This document shows, one piece after another, positions 41,532 to 52,213 of a stretch of DNA of 61,881 bases (its first letter is position 1; every line of letters starts with the position of its first letter). A model generated the notes under the pieces. The model was given only the letters and a program-made list of their open reading frames with translations, had not been told where the DNA came from and searched no databases. Origin of the DNA: Rhodospirillaceae bacterium. GTDB taxonomy: Bacteria; Pseudomonadota; Alphaproteobacteria; Rhodospirillales; Rhodospirillaceae. The DNA lies in NCBI GenBank assembly GCA_041676205.1, contig JBAYSM010000001.1, forward strand, positions 1 to 61,881. The letters run 5' to 3'. Made by a program: the position numbers and the translations under genes.

Positions 41532-43616
41532 ATGAAGAAACTCTCCGATATCAAGATCGCCGGAAGGCTCGCGTTGGCTCTCGCCGTTCCCGTCACCGGC
41601 CTTTTGGCCTTTGCGGGATGGGGGGTCCTGGCCGAGGCGGAAACCCGGTCCATCATGGACCGGCTGGAGCGCGGGGCCAGCCTCATTCCCGCACTGTCTG
41701 CAACCGTTCATGAGGTTCAGCGAGAACGCGGCCGCAGCAATGCCGTGGTGGAGACGGCAGGTAAGGCGGGACTGGCGGAATATAACGCGGAAATCGAGTC
41801 TGTAGACAAGGCTGCCGCCACCCTCCGCGACGCCATCAACAGAGTGGATACGTCCGTTTTCTGGCCAGCGGTGGCGGGTCAGTTGGTGGAGGCCGAAGGG
41901 GCGTTGACCAAGTTGTCCGCCATCCGCGCCGACACCAAGTCGGGCAGCGCAAGCTCCTCCACGGTTCAGCAGAACTACACTGCGATCATCCAGGAGCTAA
42001 TTGACCCGATCAACGCTCTTGCGGCGTCTATTCGCCAGGGCGCCATCGTCCGCGACCTATCGCTTTATGCGGCGCTGCTCAATCTTAAGGAGCGTGCCGG
42101 GCAGGAGCGCGCAGTGGGGAGCGCGGGCTTTGCGTCCGTCGCTGGGAGGGCGCATGCGCAGGGCACGTCGTTCCCCATTGACAGGTTGGCGGTGATGATT
42201 GATTTCGCCGGGCGCCAAGCTGCCTTTGCGACAAGCTTCCACGCCATTGCGCCGGAAGATCTCTCGCGGCAACTGCGCAACGTCCTGGAAGGCGACCACT
42301 CTACCAACGTGATGGAATATCGAGCCACGGCCGCCGCAATGGCCGCTGGAACGCATTCTGGCCCGGTGCCGACCGCTGCGGAATGGTTCGACGCCACCAC
42401 GGCGCGCATTGATGCGCTGTATGCGTTCGAAGACGAAGTCTCGCGACTGCTGACGCATGATACCGCCGCGATGAAGGCGGATGCCACGGCGACTTTCTGG
42501 ACGATGCTGGCTGCCGCGCTGGCCGCTGCGGCGGCGACGGCTGCTTTGGTCGTGATCATCGCCCGCAGCATTACCAAGCCGGTGGGCGATTTGACCGGCG
42601 TGATGGGGCGTTTGGCCGGTGGTGACAAGACAGTTGATATTGAAGGCACCCAGCGCCGCGACGAGATTGGCGGCATGTCGCGTGCCGTCTTGGTGTTCAA
42701 GGAAGCGATGATCAAATCCGACGAATTGACCGCCCAGCAGGAGAAGGAGAGGGCAGCGAGGGAAGCCAGGGCAGCGCGGATTGTCGAGCTGAACAAGGCA
42801 TTCGAGCAGGCCGTCGCGTCCGTCCTCCAATACGTCACGTCCGCGTCCAGCGAGCTTCAGGCGACGGCGGGGTCAATGTCCTCCATCGCCGAAGAAACCA
42901 ATGCACAGGCGACCGCGGTTGCTGCCGCGTCCGAGGAATCGTCGGCCAACGTCCAGACGGTGTCCTCCGCCGCAGAGGAACTGTCCAGTTCCATTCAGGA
43001 GATCGCGCGCCAGGTTCACACGTCCACCGAAACATCGCGCACTGCCGCACAGAACGCCGAAGCGACGCAGGCCGTGGTGGAGAGCCTCTCCCGCTCCGCC
43101 GCCAAAATCGGCGACGTCGTGAACCTGATCACCGACATCGCGGCGCAGACAAATCTGCTTGCGCTGAATGCCACCATCGAGGCGGCCCGCGCGGGCGACG
43201 CCGGAAAGGGGTTCGCCGTCGTTGCCAATGAAGTCAAGTCGCTGGCCAATCAGACGGCACGGGCCACCGACGATATCAGCCAGCAGATCCGCAGCGTCCA
43301 GGATGAAACCAGCCGCGCCGTCACGGCGATCGGGGGAATCGTCGCTTCCATTACCGCGGTGAACGAGGTGACGGCGACCATTGCCTCGGCGGTGGAGCAG
43401 CAGAACGCCGCGACACAAGAGATCGCGCGCAACGTCGATCAAGCATCGGCGGGCGCACAAGAGGTGTCCTCCAACATCCAGGGCGTGACTCAGGCGGCCG
43501 GAGAGGCAGGCGCAGCCGCCGAGCAAGTTCTTTCGGCCGCTGGCGAACTGGCCAACAAGGCATCCGAAATGAAAAAAATCGTCGATACCTTCATCCTGGA
43601 CGTTCAGGCCGCGTAG
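41532..43616 (+). CDS. Methyl-accepting chemotaxis protein with NIT (nitrate/nitrite-sensing family) domain
   Basis: TM-NIT ([20 protein letters not shown])-TM-HAMP-signalling domain ([17 protein letters not shown]). Confidence 0.9.
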   Translation: MKKLSDIKIAGRLALALAVPVTGLLAFAGWGVLAEAETRSIMDRLERGASLIPALSATVHEVQRERGRSNAVVETAGKAGLAEYNAEIESVDKAAATLRDAINRVDTSVFWPAVAGQLVEAEGALTKLSAIRADTKSGSASSSTVQQNYTAIIQELIDPINALAASIRQGAIVRDLSLYAALLNLKERAGQERAVGSAGFASVAGRAHAQGTSFPIDRLAVMIDFAGRQAAFATSFHAIAPEDLSRQLRNVLEGDHSTNVMEYRATAAAMAAGTHSGPVPTAAEWFDATTARIDALYAFEDEVSRLLTHDTAAMKADATATFWTMLAAALAAAAATAALVVIIARSITKPVGDLTGVMGRLAGGDKTVDIEGTQRRDEIGGMSRAVLVFKEAMIKSDELTAQQEKERAAREARAARIVELNKAFEQAVASVLQYVTSASSELQATAGSMSSIAEETNAQATAVAAASEESSANVQTVSSAAEELSSSIQEIARQVHTSTETSRTAAQNAEATQAVVESLSRSAAKIGDVVNLITDIAAQTNLLALNATIEAARAGDAGKGFAVVANEVKSLANQTARATDDISQQIRSVQDETSRAVTAIGGIVASITAVNEVTATIASAVEQQNAATQEIARNVDQASAGAQEVSSNIQGVTQAAGEAGAAAEQVLSAAGELANKASEMKKIVDTFILDVQAA

Positions 43617-43760
43617 GGGGCGGAATACAACTCACCCAGAACCTCGGTCGTGAAGAGGTGGTTCTGGTACGACAGGTGGGTCAAGGAGGTCAAGAAGCAC
43701 TGCCAGGAGAATGCTCTCCACTATGGTGCAAGGCCTGCTAAGAAGCCGGAGATTGTGTGA
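43617..43760 (+). pseudogene. Probable orphan 3' gene remnant
   Basis: 47 stop-free codons with protein-like sequence (KRWFWYDRWVKEVKKHCQEN); no RBS-associated start. Confidence 0.4.
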
Positions 43761-44032
43761 TCGCTTTGCCAGTTGGCAAGGCGACTATTCTGCATAAATA
43801 ACGGAATCCTGTGGCGGTACACTTGGAGTGCTGTACGCCCCCCTCCGCAGCGCCTTTTTTTCTCACCGCTTCGCAGCCTCTTGAGGGGCCAGAGCGTAGG
43901 TGCGCTGTCTGGCTTGGAGAACGCCGTCCGGGCGTGGGGGCGTATCGCCGTTTTGGGGCGTGTGGCAGGGGTGGGGTGGTTGTTTTGCCTGCTTTCGCCG
44001 CGGAACGCCGCCGGTCGATAGGAGAGTCTATC

Positions 44033-44221
44033 GTGAACGAACAGGCAGCAAGCGGGTCCTTAAGAGAAAAGACTGTCGTGACGGGAGGCCACAGGCGCGA
44101 GTTCCTGTCCTTCATTCTATTGGCTTTCGTCGCCTTGCCGATGGTCATGTTCGGCGCGATTGCGGCCTATGGATTTATTGTGTGGTTTCTTCAGATCCTG
44201 TTCTTTGGGCCGCCCACCTGA
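44033..44221 (+). CDS. torE: TorE/NapE family small membrane protein
   Basis: EFLSFILLAFVALP...YGFIVWFLQILFFGPP; AGGAG RBS, GTG start. Confidence 0.88.
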   Translation: MNEQAASGSLREKTVVTGGHRREFLSFILLAFVALPMVMFGAIAAYGFIVWFLQILFFGPPT

Positions 44222-44287
44222 TCGGTGAGGGCGTGGCCCGATATGGGCCTGCGCAGGCGTGACAGTGATCCGTCCGGAGCGAGCGTG

Positions 44288-45517
44288 ATGCTGAAAAAGC
44301 TCTTTCGAACCATCAGGGATTTGTTCTTCAAGCCGGCGGTCAAAATCGGCCTGGGGATTTTGGTGACGGGTGGTTTCGTCGCCGGGGCGGTGGCGTGGCA
44401 CGGTTTTGGCACGGCCATGGAGGCGACCAATCAGGAAGAGTTCTGTCTGAGTTGCCATACCATGCGCGATAATCTGCTGCCCGAATTGCAGAAAACCGTG
44501 CACTGGAGCAACCGTTCCGGCGTGCGCGCGCGGTGCCCGGACTGTCATGTGCCGCACGACTTCACCGACAAGGTGGCGCGCAAGATGCAGGCCAGCCGCG
44601 AGGTGTGGGGGCAGCTTATCGGCACAATCGGCACGCGCGAGAAATTCAACGAGCATCGCATCGTCCTGGCCCGCCGCGAATGGAAGCGCATGACCGCCAA
44701 CCAGTCGCGCGAATGCCGGGCCTGCCATGACTACAAGGACATGGACATCAACCTGATGCGGCCCACCTCGCAAGTGGCGATGCGCGCCGCCGCCGAACGC
44801 AATCAAAGCTGCATCAGTTGTCACAAGGGGATTGCCCATCAGTTGCCCGACCTGAAGGGCGAGCACAATCCGGCGTTCGATACGTTGGTGTCGGCCGCGG
44901 CCGGGCAAAGCGTCGAGGCGGGCAAGGAATACTTTGCGGTTCTGCCGCGCCAATTGTTCGCCGATGCGAGCTTGTCCCAGGCCATAGGTTCGATCGAAGT
45001 GGCAGGCAAGGTGAAGGTTCTGGAAACCCAGGGCAACGCCCACCGGGTGGAACTTAATCTGTGGCGCAAGAACAAGGGCTATGGCCGGGTGTGGTACAGC
45101 AATTTCGGGCTGAACATCACCAGCGCAATTCTGACCAAGGAAATGTCGCGCGACGAGGCGTTCGTGAAGGTGATGGAAACGCGGGAAGATCCGGCGACCG
45201 GGCTTGAATGGAACAACGTCAAGGCGGAAGCCTGGATTCCGGCGGAAAGCCTGATCGACAGCCCGGAGGAAATCTGGTCGATCGCCCGCTCCAGCTACAA
45301 TGAAAGTTGCAGCGTCTGCCACCGTCAGCCGGATGAGGCGCACTTCGACGCCAACACCTGGCCGGGCCTGTTCGGCGGCATGGTGGGCTTCACCAGCATG
45401 GACGCCGACACGGCCAAGGTGGTGCTGAAGTATTTGCAGACTCATTCGTCAGACTTCCGTGAGTCAGTGCACGGAAGTGACGCGACCAAGGGCGTCGTTC
45501 AAACCGCGCGGCCCTGA
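44288..45517 (+). CDS. torC: Pentaheme c-type cytochrome TorC
   Basis: N-terminal TM; CLSCH, CPDCH, CRACH, CISCH and a C-terminal CSVCH. Confidence 0.93.
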   Translation: MLKKLFRTIRDLFFKPAVKIGLGILVTGGFVAGAVAWHGFGTAMEATNQEEFCLSCHTMRDNLLPELQKTVHWSNRSGVRARCPDCHVPHDFTDKVARKMQASREVWGQLIGTIGTREKFNEHRIVLARREWKRMTANQSRECRACHDYKDMDINLMRPTSQVAMRAAAERNQSCISCHKGIAHQLPDLKGEHNPAFDTLVSAAAGQSVEAGKEYFAVLPRQLFADASLSQAIGSIEVAGKVKVLETQGNAHRVELNLWRKNKGYGRVWYSNFGLNITSAILTKEMSRDEAFVKVMETREDPATGLEWNNVKAEAWIPAESLIDSPEEIWSIARSSYNESCSVCHRQPDEAHFDANTWPGLFGGMVGFTSMDADTAKVVLKYLQTHSSDFRESVHGSDATKGVVQTARP

Positions 45518-45531
45518 CCAGGAGGACTTCC

Positions 45532-48066
45532 ATGAGCTTTTCACGGCGAGACTTTCTCAAGGGAATGGCGGCAATCTCGGGAACGGCGCTGGTCGCACCC
45601 AGCCTGTTGTCCTCCGTCCCCCTCGGGGCGCGTCCGGCACGGGCCGTGACCGGCGCCGGGGGGATGACCGATGACATCACGACTTGGAAGATCACCGGCT
45701 CCCACTTCGGCGCGATCCGGGCCAAGGTCGTCGGCGACCGGGTGGTGGAGGTGCAGCCGATGGAGTTCGACAAGCACCCGACCGACATGATCAAGGGCAT
45801 CCCCGGCCTGATCTACAGCCCGTCGCGGGTCCGTTATCCGATGGTGCGCCTGGACTGGTACAAGAACCGTCACCGCAGCGATACCGCACAGCGCGGCGAT
45901 AATCGCTTCGTGCGCGTCGGGTGGGACGTGGCCATCGACTTGTTCTATGAGGAACTCGAACGGGTGCAGAAGGAGTACGGCCCGTGGGCTCTGCATACCG
46001 CGGGCGTGGGCTGGCGGTCGGTCGGCCAAATGCACAGTTGCGGCAACCACATGGTGCGCGCCATCGGAATGCACGGGCGCAGCGTCGGCACGATCGGGGA
46101 CTATTCGACTGGCGCGGGACAGGTGATTCTGCCCTATGTCCTTGGTTCCACGGAGGTTTATTCCCAAGGCACGTCCTGGGACGTCATCCTTGACCAGAGC
46201 AAGCTGATCGTCTTTTGGGCCAACGACCCGATCAAGAACCTTCAGGTGGGGTGGAACACCGAAACGCACGAAGCCTATGCCTATTACGCCCAGTTGAAGG
46301 ACAAGATCGCCAGCGGGGCCATTCGGGCCATTTGCGTCGATCCGGTCAGAAGCAAGACGCTCAATTATCTGGAGTGCGAGCACCAATACGTGAACCCGTT
46401 GAGCGACGTGGCGATGATGCTGGCCATGGCGCATACGCTGGTCACGGAAGACCTTCATGACAAGGCGTTCCTGGAAACCTACGCGCTCGGCTTTGATCGG
46501 TTCGTGCCGTATCTTTTGGGCAGTACCGAAGACAACGTTGAAAAGACGCCGGAATGGGCCGAGGCCATTTGCGGCGTGCCGGCCGACCGCATCCGTGAAC
46601 TGACCCGGTTGATGGCGGCCAACCGCACACAGCTTATTTTCGGCTGGGCCATCCAGCGCCAGCAGCATGGGGAACAGCCGTATTGGATGGGCGCCGTTCT
46701 GGCGACATTGCTGGGACAGATCGGGCTGCCCGGCGGCGGGATCAGTTTTTCGCACCACTACAGTTCGGTGGGGGTGTCCTCATCGGGGGCGGCGATGCCG
46801 GGGGCCTTCCCGCTGAACCTCGATCCGGGGCGCACACCCAAGTACGACAGCAGCGATTTTCAGGGGTACAGCGCGGTGATCCCGATCTCGCGCGCGATCG
46901 ACGCCTTGCTCGAACCGGGCAAGGAAATTGACTTCAACGGCTCCAAGGTCAAGCTGCCGCCCTACAAGATGGGGATTTTCATCGGCCATAACCAATGGCA
47001 CCGGCAGCAGCAGAAAAACCGTATGAAGGAAGCCTATCGCACGCTCGAAACGGTGGTGGCGATTGATTACAACTGGACCGCCACGTGCCGCTTTGCCGAC
47101 ATCGTGCTGCCCGCGTGCACGCCCTATGAACGCAATGACATCGACGCCTATGGCTCGTACAGCAACCGCGGGGTGCTGGCGATGCACAAGCTTGTCGATC
47201 CGATGTACAATTCACGCCCCGATTTCGAGATTTTCAGCGCGCTGTGCCGGCGTTTCCACCGCGAGGCGGAATATACGCGGGGCATGAACGAGATGGAGTG
47301 GATCGAGTTTCTGTACAATGAGTGCGTCGCCGAAAATGTTCTCAAGGACATTCCGATGCCCTCCTTCGCCGAGTTCTGGGAGAAGGGCTATCACCTGTTC
47401 CCGGACGGTGAACCATGGGTGCGTCATGCCGATTTCCGGGATGACCCGGAGGTCAACGCGCTGGGCACGCCATCGGGCTTCATCGAGATCTTCAGCCGCA
47501 AGATCGACGCCTTCAAATACGCCGACTGCAAGGGCCATCCGATGTGGATGGAAAAGATCGAACGGTCGCACGGCGGCCCCGGTTCCGACCGCTTTCCGTT
47601 GTGGCTGCAATCGGTTCACCCGGACTTGCGTCTGCACTCGCAATTGTGCGAGTCCGAACCCCTGCGCGACACCTATGCGATCGGGGGCCGTGAACCCATT
47701 TTCATGAGCCCGCAGGATGCCGCCGCGCGGGATATTGCCCATGGCGATCTGGTGCGCGTGTTCAACGATCGGGGGCAGTTGCTGGCGGGGGCGCATGTGT
47801 CGGACAATTTTCCTCCGGGAGTGGTCCGCATCCAGGAAGGCGCCTGGTACGGCCCGACCGGCCCGGGAATCGGGGCGCTCGACACCTATGGCGATCCGAA
47901 CACGCTGACGCTGGACATCGGCACGTCCAGTCTGGCGCAGGGGCCGAGTGCCAACACCTGTTTGGTGCAGATGGAGAAATTCCTCGGCCCGGTCCCGGCG
48001 GTGACGGCCTTTGGCGGGCCGATCGAGGTCGATCCCGACGGCAACCTGGTGAGCGACGATGCCTGA
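45532..48066 (+). CDS. torA: Trimethylamine N-oxide reductase TorA (bis-MGD molybdoenzyme)
   Basis: Tat signal SRRDFLK; [18 protein letters not shown] (Ser ligand); [12 protein letters not shown]; no N-terminal Fe-S cysteines. Confidence 0.93.
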   Translation: MSFSRRDFLKGMAAISGTALVAPSLLSSVPLGARPARAVTGAGGMTDDITTWKITGSHFGAIRAKVVGDRVVEVQPMEFDKHPTDMIKGIPGLIYSPSRVRYPMVRLDWYKNRHRSDTAQRGDNRFVRVGWDVAIDLFYEELERVQKEYGPWALHTAGVGWRSVGQMHSCGNHMVRAIGMHGRSVGTIGDYSTGAGQVILPYVLGSTEVYSQGTSWDVILDQSKLIVFWANDPIKNLQVGWNTETHEAYAYYAQLKDKIASGAIRAICVDPVRSKTLNYLECEHQYVNPLSDVAMMLAMAHTLVTEDLHDKAFLETYALGFDRFVPYLLGSTEDNVEKTPEWAEAICGVPADRIRELTRLMAANRTQLIFGWAIQRQQHGEQPYWMGAVLATLLGQIGLPGGGISFSHHYSSVGVSSSGAAMPGAFPLNLDPGRTPKYDSSDFQGYSAVIPISRAIDALLEPGKEIDFNGSKVKLPPYKMGIFIGHNQWHRQQQKNRMKEAYRTLETVVAIDYNWTATCRFADIVLPACTPYERNDIDAYGSYSNRGVLAMHKLVDPMYNSRPDFEIFSALCRRFHREAEYTRGMNEMEWIEFLYNECVAENVLKDIPMPSFAEFWEKGYHLFPDGEPWVRHADFRDDPEVNALGTPSGFIEIFSRKIDAFKYADCKGHPMWMEKIERSHGGPGSDRFPLWLQSVHPDLRLHSQLCESEPLRDTYAIGGREPIFMSPQDAAARDIAHGDLVRVFNDRGQLLAGAHVSDNFPPGVVRIQEGAWYGPTGPGIGALDTYGDPNTLTLDIGTSSLAQGPSANTCLVQMEKFLGPVPAVTAFGGPIEVDPDGNLVSDDA

Positions 48067-48766
48067 GCGTGGGGTGAGTTCCGACCGTGGGGTCAGTCCC
48101 GGCGCGTGGGCGCGGGTAAGTCGGCAGCGCGCGCTGGTCTATGGCTGGTTTTCCGCCCTGTACGCCGCCGAAGTGCCCCGCGCCACGCTGGCCTCCTATA
48201 TGGCGGGGGGCGCCGCGCCGATGCTGAAGGGGTTCTCCATCCTGGGCCTGGAGTCCGAGGCCGAGCGTCTGCACGCCGCGCTTGAGGCCTTGCGGGGCGT
48301 GGACTATGCGCATCTGGAACTGGCCGCCGACTTCGCGCAGATGTTCCTGCTGGATGCCAAGGGCGGCGCGCTGCCCTATGCCTCGGTCTACGAGTCCGAG
48401 GGAGCGCGCCTTTATGGCCCGGCAGAGGAACGGATGCGGGCCTTCCTTGCCGGGGCGTCGTTGGCCATCCAGGATGATTTCAAGGAACCCGCTGACCATC
48501 TTGCACTGTACTTGGCGGTCATGGCGCGGCTGATCGAGGACAACGCGCGCACCGCCGATAGTGCGGCGGCGGCGCGCGATCAGGCCGCCTTTCTGGAGGA
48601 TGCCGTGCTGTCCTGGCTGCCCGCGTTCAACGCGCGCAGCCAACAGGCGTCACCCCGTTTTGACTTTTATCCCGCCCTGGCCGCCTTGTTGACCGCCGTG
48701 GTTCTTCAGGACGCCAGCTTCGTGCGCGAGGTGGCTGCCCCCCTGTTGCCGGAGGACGCCCTGTAA
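48059..48766 (+). CDS. torD: TorD maturation chaperone
   Basis: [19 protein letters not shown] and KEPADHL motifs; overlaps the torA stop. Confidence 0.92.
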   Translation: MPERGVSSDRGVSPGAWARVSRQRALVYGWFSALYAAEVPRATLASYMAGGAAPMLKGFSILGLESEAERLHAALEALRGVDYAHLELAADFAQMFLLDAKGGALPYASVYESEGARLYGPAEERMRAFLAGASLAIQDDFKEPADHLALYLAVMARLIEDNARTADSAAAARDQAAFLEDAVLSWLPAFNARSQQASPRFDFYPALAALLTAVVLQDASFVREVAAPLLPEDAL

Positions 48767-49004
48767 GCGGGCCTGTAAGGGGGAGCGGTGGCTGGCGTGT
48801 TCATGCGGCGCCACCTGACCGAGTGATGCGGTCCACCCCCCCCCCGACACGACGTTCTGGCCGTCGCTGTGGCAGGTCAGAAAACCACACGATTCGTCTT
48901 GAGGCGGTTCGGTGCCGGAGGGGCCATTCAATATGGCCCTATTTTGGAGGGAGACAGAGGGATTCACTCAAGATTTTGGGCAGTGTCCAACCCCCGGTTA
49001 GTGC

Positions 49005-49043
49005 CCCTGCCGACCCGCCCGATGTTCAGGCCGGTCGGCAGGG
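49005..49043. terminator. GC-rich hairpin between convergent torD and acrB
   Basis: CCCTGCCGACC...GGTCGGCAGGG; no clear U-tract. Confidence 0.45.
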
Positions 49044-49053
49044 TGTAATGGGA

Positions 49054-52000
49054 TCAGACCTCTTCCACTGCTGCGTCGGTCCCGGTCTTACGACGCGAGA
49101 AGAGGCGCGTGATCAATGTAAAGAATACCGGCACGAAAAAGACAGTCAAGGCCGTGCCCAGGAAGGTGCCGAAGAAGGTCGCGAAACCAATGGCTTGTCG
49201 CGCCCCCGATCCCGCGCCGCTGGAGACCACCAGGGGCAAGACGCCCAGGCCAAAGGCCAGAGACGTCATCAGGATCGGCCGGAACCGCAGTTCGGCCGCC
49301 TTGCGCACGGCTTCAACCGCGCTTTCCCCAAGCGAATCCATGCGTTCGCGGGCGAACTCGACGATCATGATCCCGTTCTTGCCGGTCAGCCCCACCACAG
49401 TCAGCAAGCCAACCTGGAAGTAGACGCCGTTTGTCTGGCCACCGACCCAGGCCCCCACCAGCGCGCCGAGAATACCAACCGGCATCGCCAGCAAGACCGC
49501 TATTGGAATGGTCCAGCTTTCGTAAAGTGCGGCAAGACACAGGAAGACGGTGGCCAGCGCCAGCACATAAAGGGTGATCGCGCCTGCGCCCGCCTCTTTC
49601 TCTTCCAATGACATACCGCTCCATTGCAGTTGGAAACCGGGCGGCAATCTGGTCGCCAGTTCCTCCATCGCGGCCAGCGCCTCACCCGAGGAATACCCCT
49701 CGGCGGGCGAACCCTCGATCTTCATGGCCGGCAGCGCGTCGTAGCGGGTGACCTGCTGCGGGCCGAAGGCCCATTCCTGGGCGGCGAAGGTGGAGAAATC
49801 CACGAAATCGTCGTTCGCGTTCTGCACGCGCCACAACGCCAGATCCTCGGGCGAGGTTCGCGCCCACGGTTCACCCTGGACATAGACGCGCTTGACCCGA
49901 CCTTCGTAAAGGAAGTCGTTGACGTAGGCTCCCGCCCACACGGTGTTGAGGAAGGTGCCGACGTCGGCAGCCGTCACGCCAACCGCGCCCGCCTTGGCCC
50001 AGTCGATGTTCAGCCAGAACTGCGAGGCATCCTCGACCCCGCTGGGTCGCACGGCGGTCAGCCGGGGATCCTGGCCCGCCATGCCCAATAGCTGATTGCG
50101 CGCATTCAGAAGTTCTTCATGCGTTTGCCCGTTGGCGGCCTGCAAGAAGGCGGTGAAACCGTTCGAGTTGCCCAGTTCCATCACCGGCGGGGGCACGATC
50201 GGCACCACGATGGCCTCCCGGATGCCGCCCATCAGCGGGCCAAAGGCCCGTCCCGCGATGGCCTGGGCGGAAGCCGCTGCTTCCTGGCGCTCCGACCAGT
50301 CGGTCAGCTTGACGAAAATCATGCCCATGTTCTGGCCTTGGCCCGAGAAGGAAAAGCCCCGGACCGAGAAGATTGATTCGATGTTCTTCCCTTCGTTGGC
50401 CGTGTAGTAGCGGCTGACCTTTTCCAGCACCGCTTCGGTCTGTTGGGCCGTCGAACCCGACGGCAGCTGAACGATGGTGATCAGCACCCCTTGATCCTCA
50501 TCCGGCAGGAACGAGGTGGGCATGCGCTGATACAGCACCGCCATGCCAGCGACGATCAAGGCAAAGACAGCCAGCATGCGCAGCGGCCCACGGGTGACGC
50601 GCCGGACACCGCCGGCGTAGCCACGGGTCAAACCGCCGAAGCTTTTTTCGAACCACTTGCCGAACCCGGCGGCCCACCGGCCGACCATGGTTTTCGGGGG
50701 CTTGTGGCTGTGCGGCTTCAGCATCGTGGCGCACAGCGCCGGAGTGAAGATCAACGCAACCAGCACGGAAAGCATCATCGCCGACGCAATGGTCACGGCG
50801 AACTGCTTGTACATCTCGCCGGTGGAGCCGCCGAAGAACGCCATCGGTACGAAAACCGCCGAGATGACGATGCCGATACCGATCAGCGCGCCGGATATTT
50901 CGTCCATAGACTTGCGCGTGGCCTCCAGGGGGCTAAGCCCCTCGTCGCGCATGATGCGTTCGACGTTTTCAACCACCACGATGGCGTCGTCAACCAATAG
51001 GCCGATGGCAAGAACCATGGCAAGCATGGTCAGCGAATTGATCGAGAAACCGAGCGCCGCCATGATGCCGAAGGTTCCCAGCAGCACCACCGGCACCGCC
51101 AGGGTCGGAATCAATGTGGCGCGGAAATTGTGCAGGAAGACCAGCATCACCAGGAACACCAGCCCCATGGCCTCGACCAGCGTATTGATCACGGCTTCAA
51201 TAGAGATCATTACGAAGGGAGTGGTGTCGTAGGGAATGACGTAGCTTACCCCGGCCGGGAAATTGTGGGCCAGTTGATCGATCTTTTCCTTAACAAGCTC
51301 CGCTGTTTCCAGGGCGTTTGCGCCCGAGGCCAACTGGATTGCCATGCCCGATGCGGGCTTGTCGTTGTAAAAGCCGGTGATCTCGTAGTTTTCGGTTCCC
51401 AGTTCCGCCCGGGCGACGTCGCGCAACAGCACCATGCCGCCGTCGGTGTCCGTCCGCAGCACGATGCGTTCGAAATCCTCGGGCGTCTTCAGCAACGACT
51501 GTGCGGTAATGGTGGCATTGAGCAATTGCCCATCCGGCGCCGGCATGGCGCCGAAGGTGCCAGCCGAAATCTGCGAGTTCTGGGCTCGGATCGCAGCGGT
51601 CACGACTTCGGGAGAGAGGTCGTAATATTGTAGCTTGTGCGGATCAAGCCAGATGCGCATGGCATATTCCGACCCGAACACCTCGACCTTGCCGACGCCC
51701 TGTAGACGGGAAACCGGTTCGACGATGTAGGTGTTGAGGTAGTCCGCCAGGTCGATAGCGTCACGCGCACCGTCGTTGGATACCAGGCCGACGACCATCA
51801 GGAAGCCAACTGCGGACTTTTCGACGGTCACGCCTTGCCGGGTGACGGCTTCGGGCAAACCGGCCTCCGCGATAGCCAGCTTGTTCTGAACTTGTACCTG
51901 GGCGATGTCGGGATCGGTTCCCAAGGCAAAGGTCAGGGTGATCGTCGCCCGTCCGGTCGAGGTGGTCGAGGAGTCGATGTAGCGCAGCCCGTCAAGGCCG

Positions 52001-52209
52001 GTCATCTCTTTCTCGATGTTCTGGACCACGGTATCGGCCACGGTTTCGGCCGATGCGCCGGGGTAGGTCGCGCTGATGACCACCGACGGGCCCGCGATCG
52101 ACGGATATTGCGATACGGGAAGCCGCAGGATCGACAGAATCCCAAGGCCCATGATGATGATCGAGATCACCCAGGCAAAGATGGGACGGTTGATAAAGAA
52201 ACGCGACAT
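49054..52209 (-). CDS. acrB: HAE1-family RND efflux permease (AcrB-like)
   Basis: MSRFFINRPIFAWV, LLVDDAIVVVENV, GKNGIMIVEF and RFRPILMTS proton-relay motifs. Confidence 0.95.
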   Translation of the reverse strand: MSRFFINRPIFAWVISIIIMGLGILSILRLPVSQYPSIAGPSVVISATYPGASAETVADTVVQNIEKEMTGLDGLRYIDSSTTSTGRATITLTFALGTDPDIAQVQVQNKLAIAEAGLPEAVTRQGVTVEKSAVGFLMVVGLVSNDGARDAIDLADYLNTYIVEPVSRLQGVGKVEVFGSEYAMRIWLDPHKLQYYDLSPEVVTAAIRAQNSQISAGTFGAMPAPDGQLLNATITAQSLLKTPEDFERIVLRTDTDGGMVLLRDVARAELGTENYEITGFYNDKPASGMAIQLASGANALETAELVKEKIDQLAHNFPAGVSYVIPYDTTPFVMISIEAVINTLVEAMGLVFLVMLVFLHNFRATLIPTLAVPVVLLGTFGIMAALGFSINSLTMLAMVLAIGLLVDDAIVVVENVERIMRDEGLSPLEATRKSMDEISGALIGIGIVISAVFVPMAFFGGSTGEMYKQFAVTIASAMMLSVLVALIFTPALCATMLKPHSHKPPKTMVGRWAAGFGKWFEKSFGGLTRGYAGGVRRVTRGPLRMLAVFALIVAGMAVLYQRMPTSFLPDEDQGVLITIVQLPSGSTAQQTEAVLEKVSRYYTANEGKNIESIFSVRGFSFSGQGQNMGMIFVKLTDWSERQEAAASAQAIAGRAFGPLMGGIREAIVVPIVPPPVMELGNSNGFTAFLQAANGQTHEELLNARNQLLGMAGQDPRLTAVRPSGVEDASQFWLNIDWAKAGAVGVTAADVGTFLNTVWAGAYVNDFLYEGRVKRVYVQGEPWARTSPEDLALWRVQNANDDFVDFSTFAAQEWAFGPQQVTRYDALPAMKIEGSPAEGYSSGEALAAMEELATRLPPGFQLQWSGMSLEEKEAGAGAITLYVLALATVFLCLAALYESWTIPIAVLLAMPVGILGALVGAWVGGQTNGVYFQVGLLTVVGLTGKNGIMIVEFARERMDSLGESAVEAVRKAAELRFRPILMTSLAFGLGVLPLVVSSGAGSGARQAIGFATFFGTFLGTALTVFFVPVFFTLITRLFSRRKTGTDAAVEEV

Positions 52210-52213
52210 GATG

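Noticed and set aside
48767-49004. C-run near 48836-48845, short CCTGTAAG direct repeat and GGGCCAT/ATGGCCC hairpin between torD and acrB
   Set aside because: They lie between convergent 3' ends where phase variation has no obvious target; too short to support an element.
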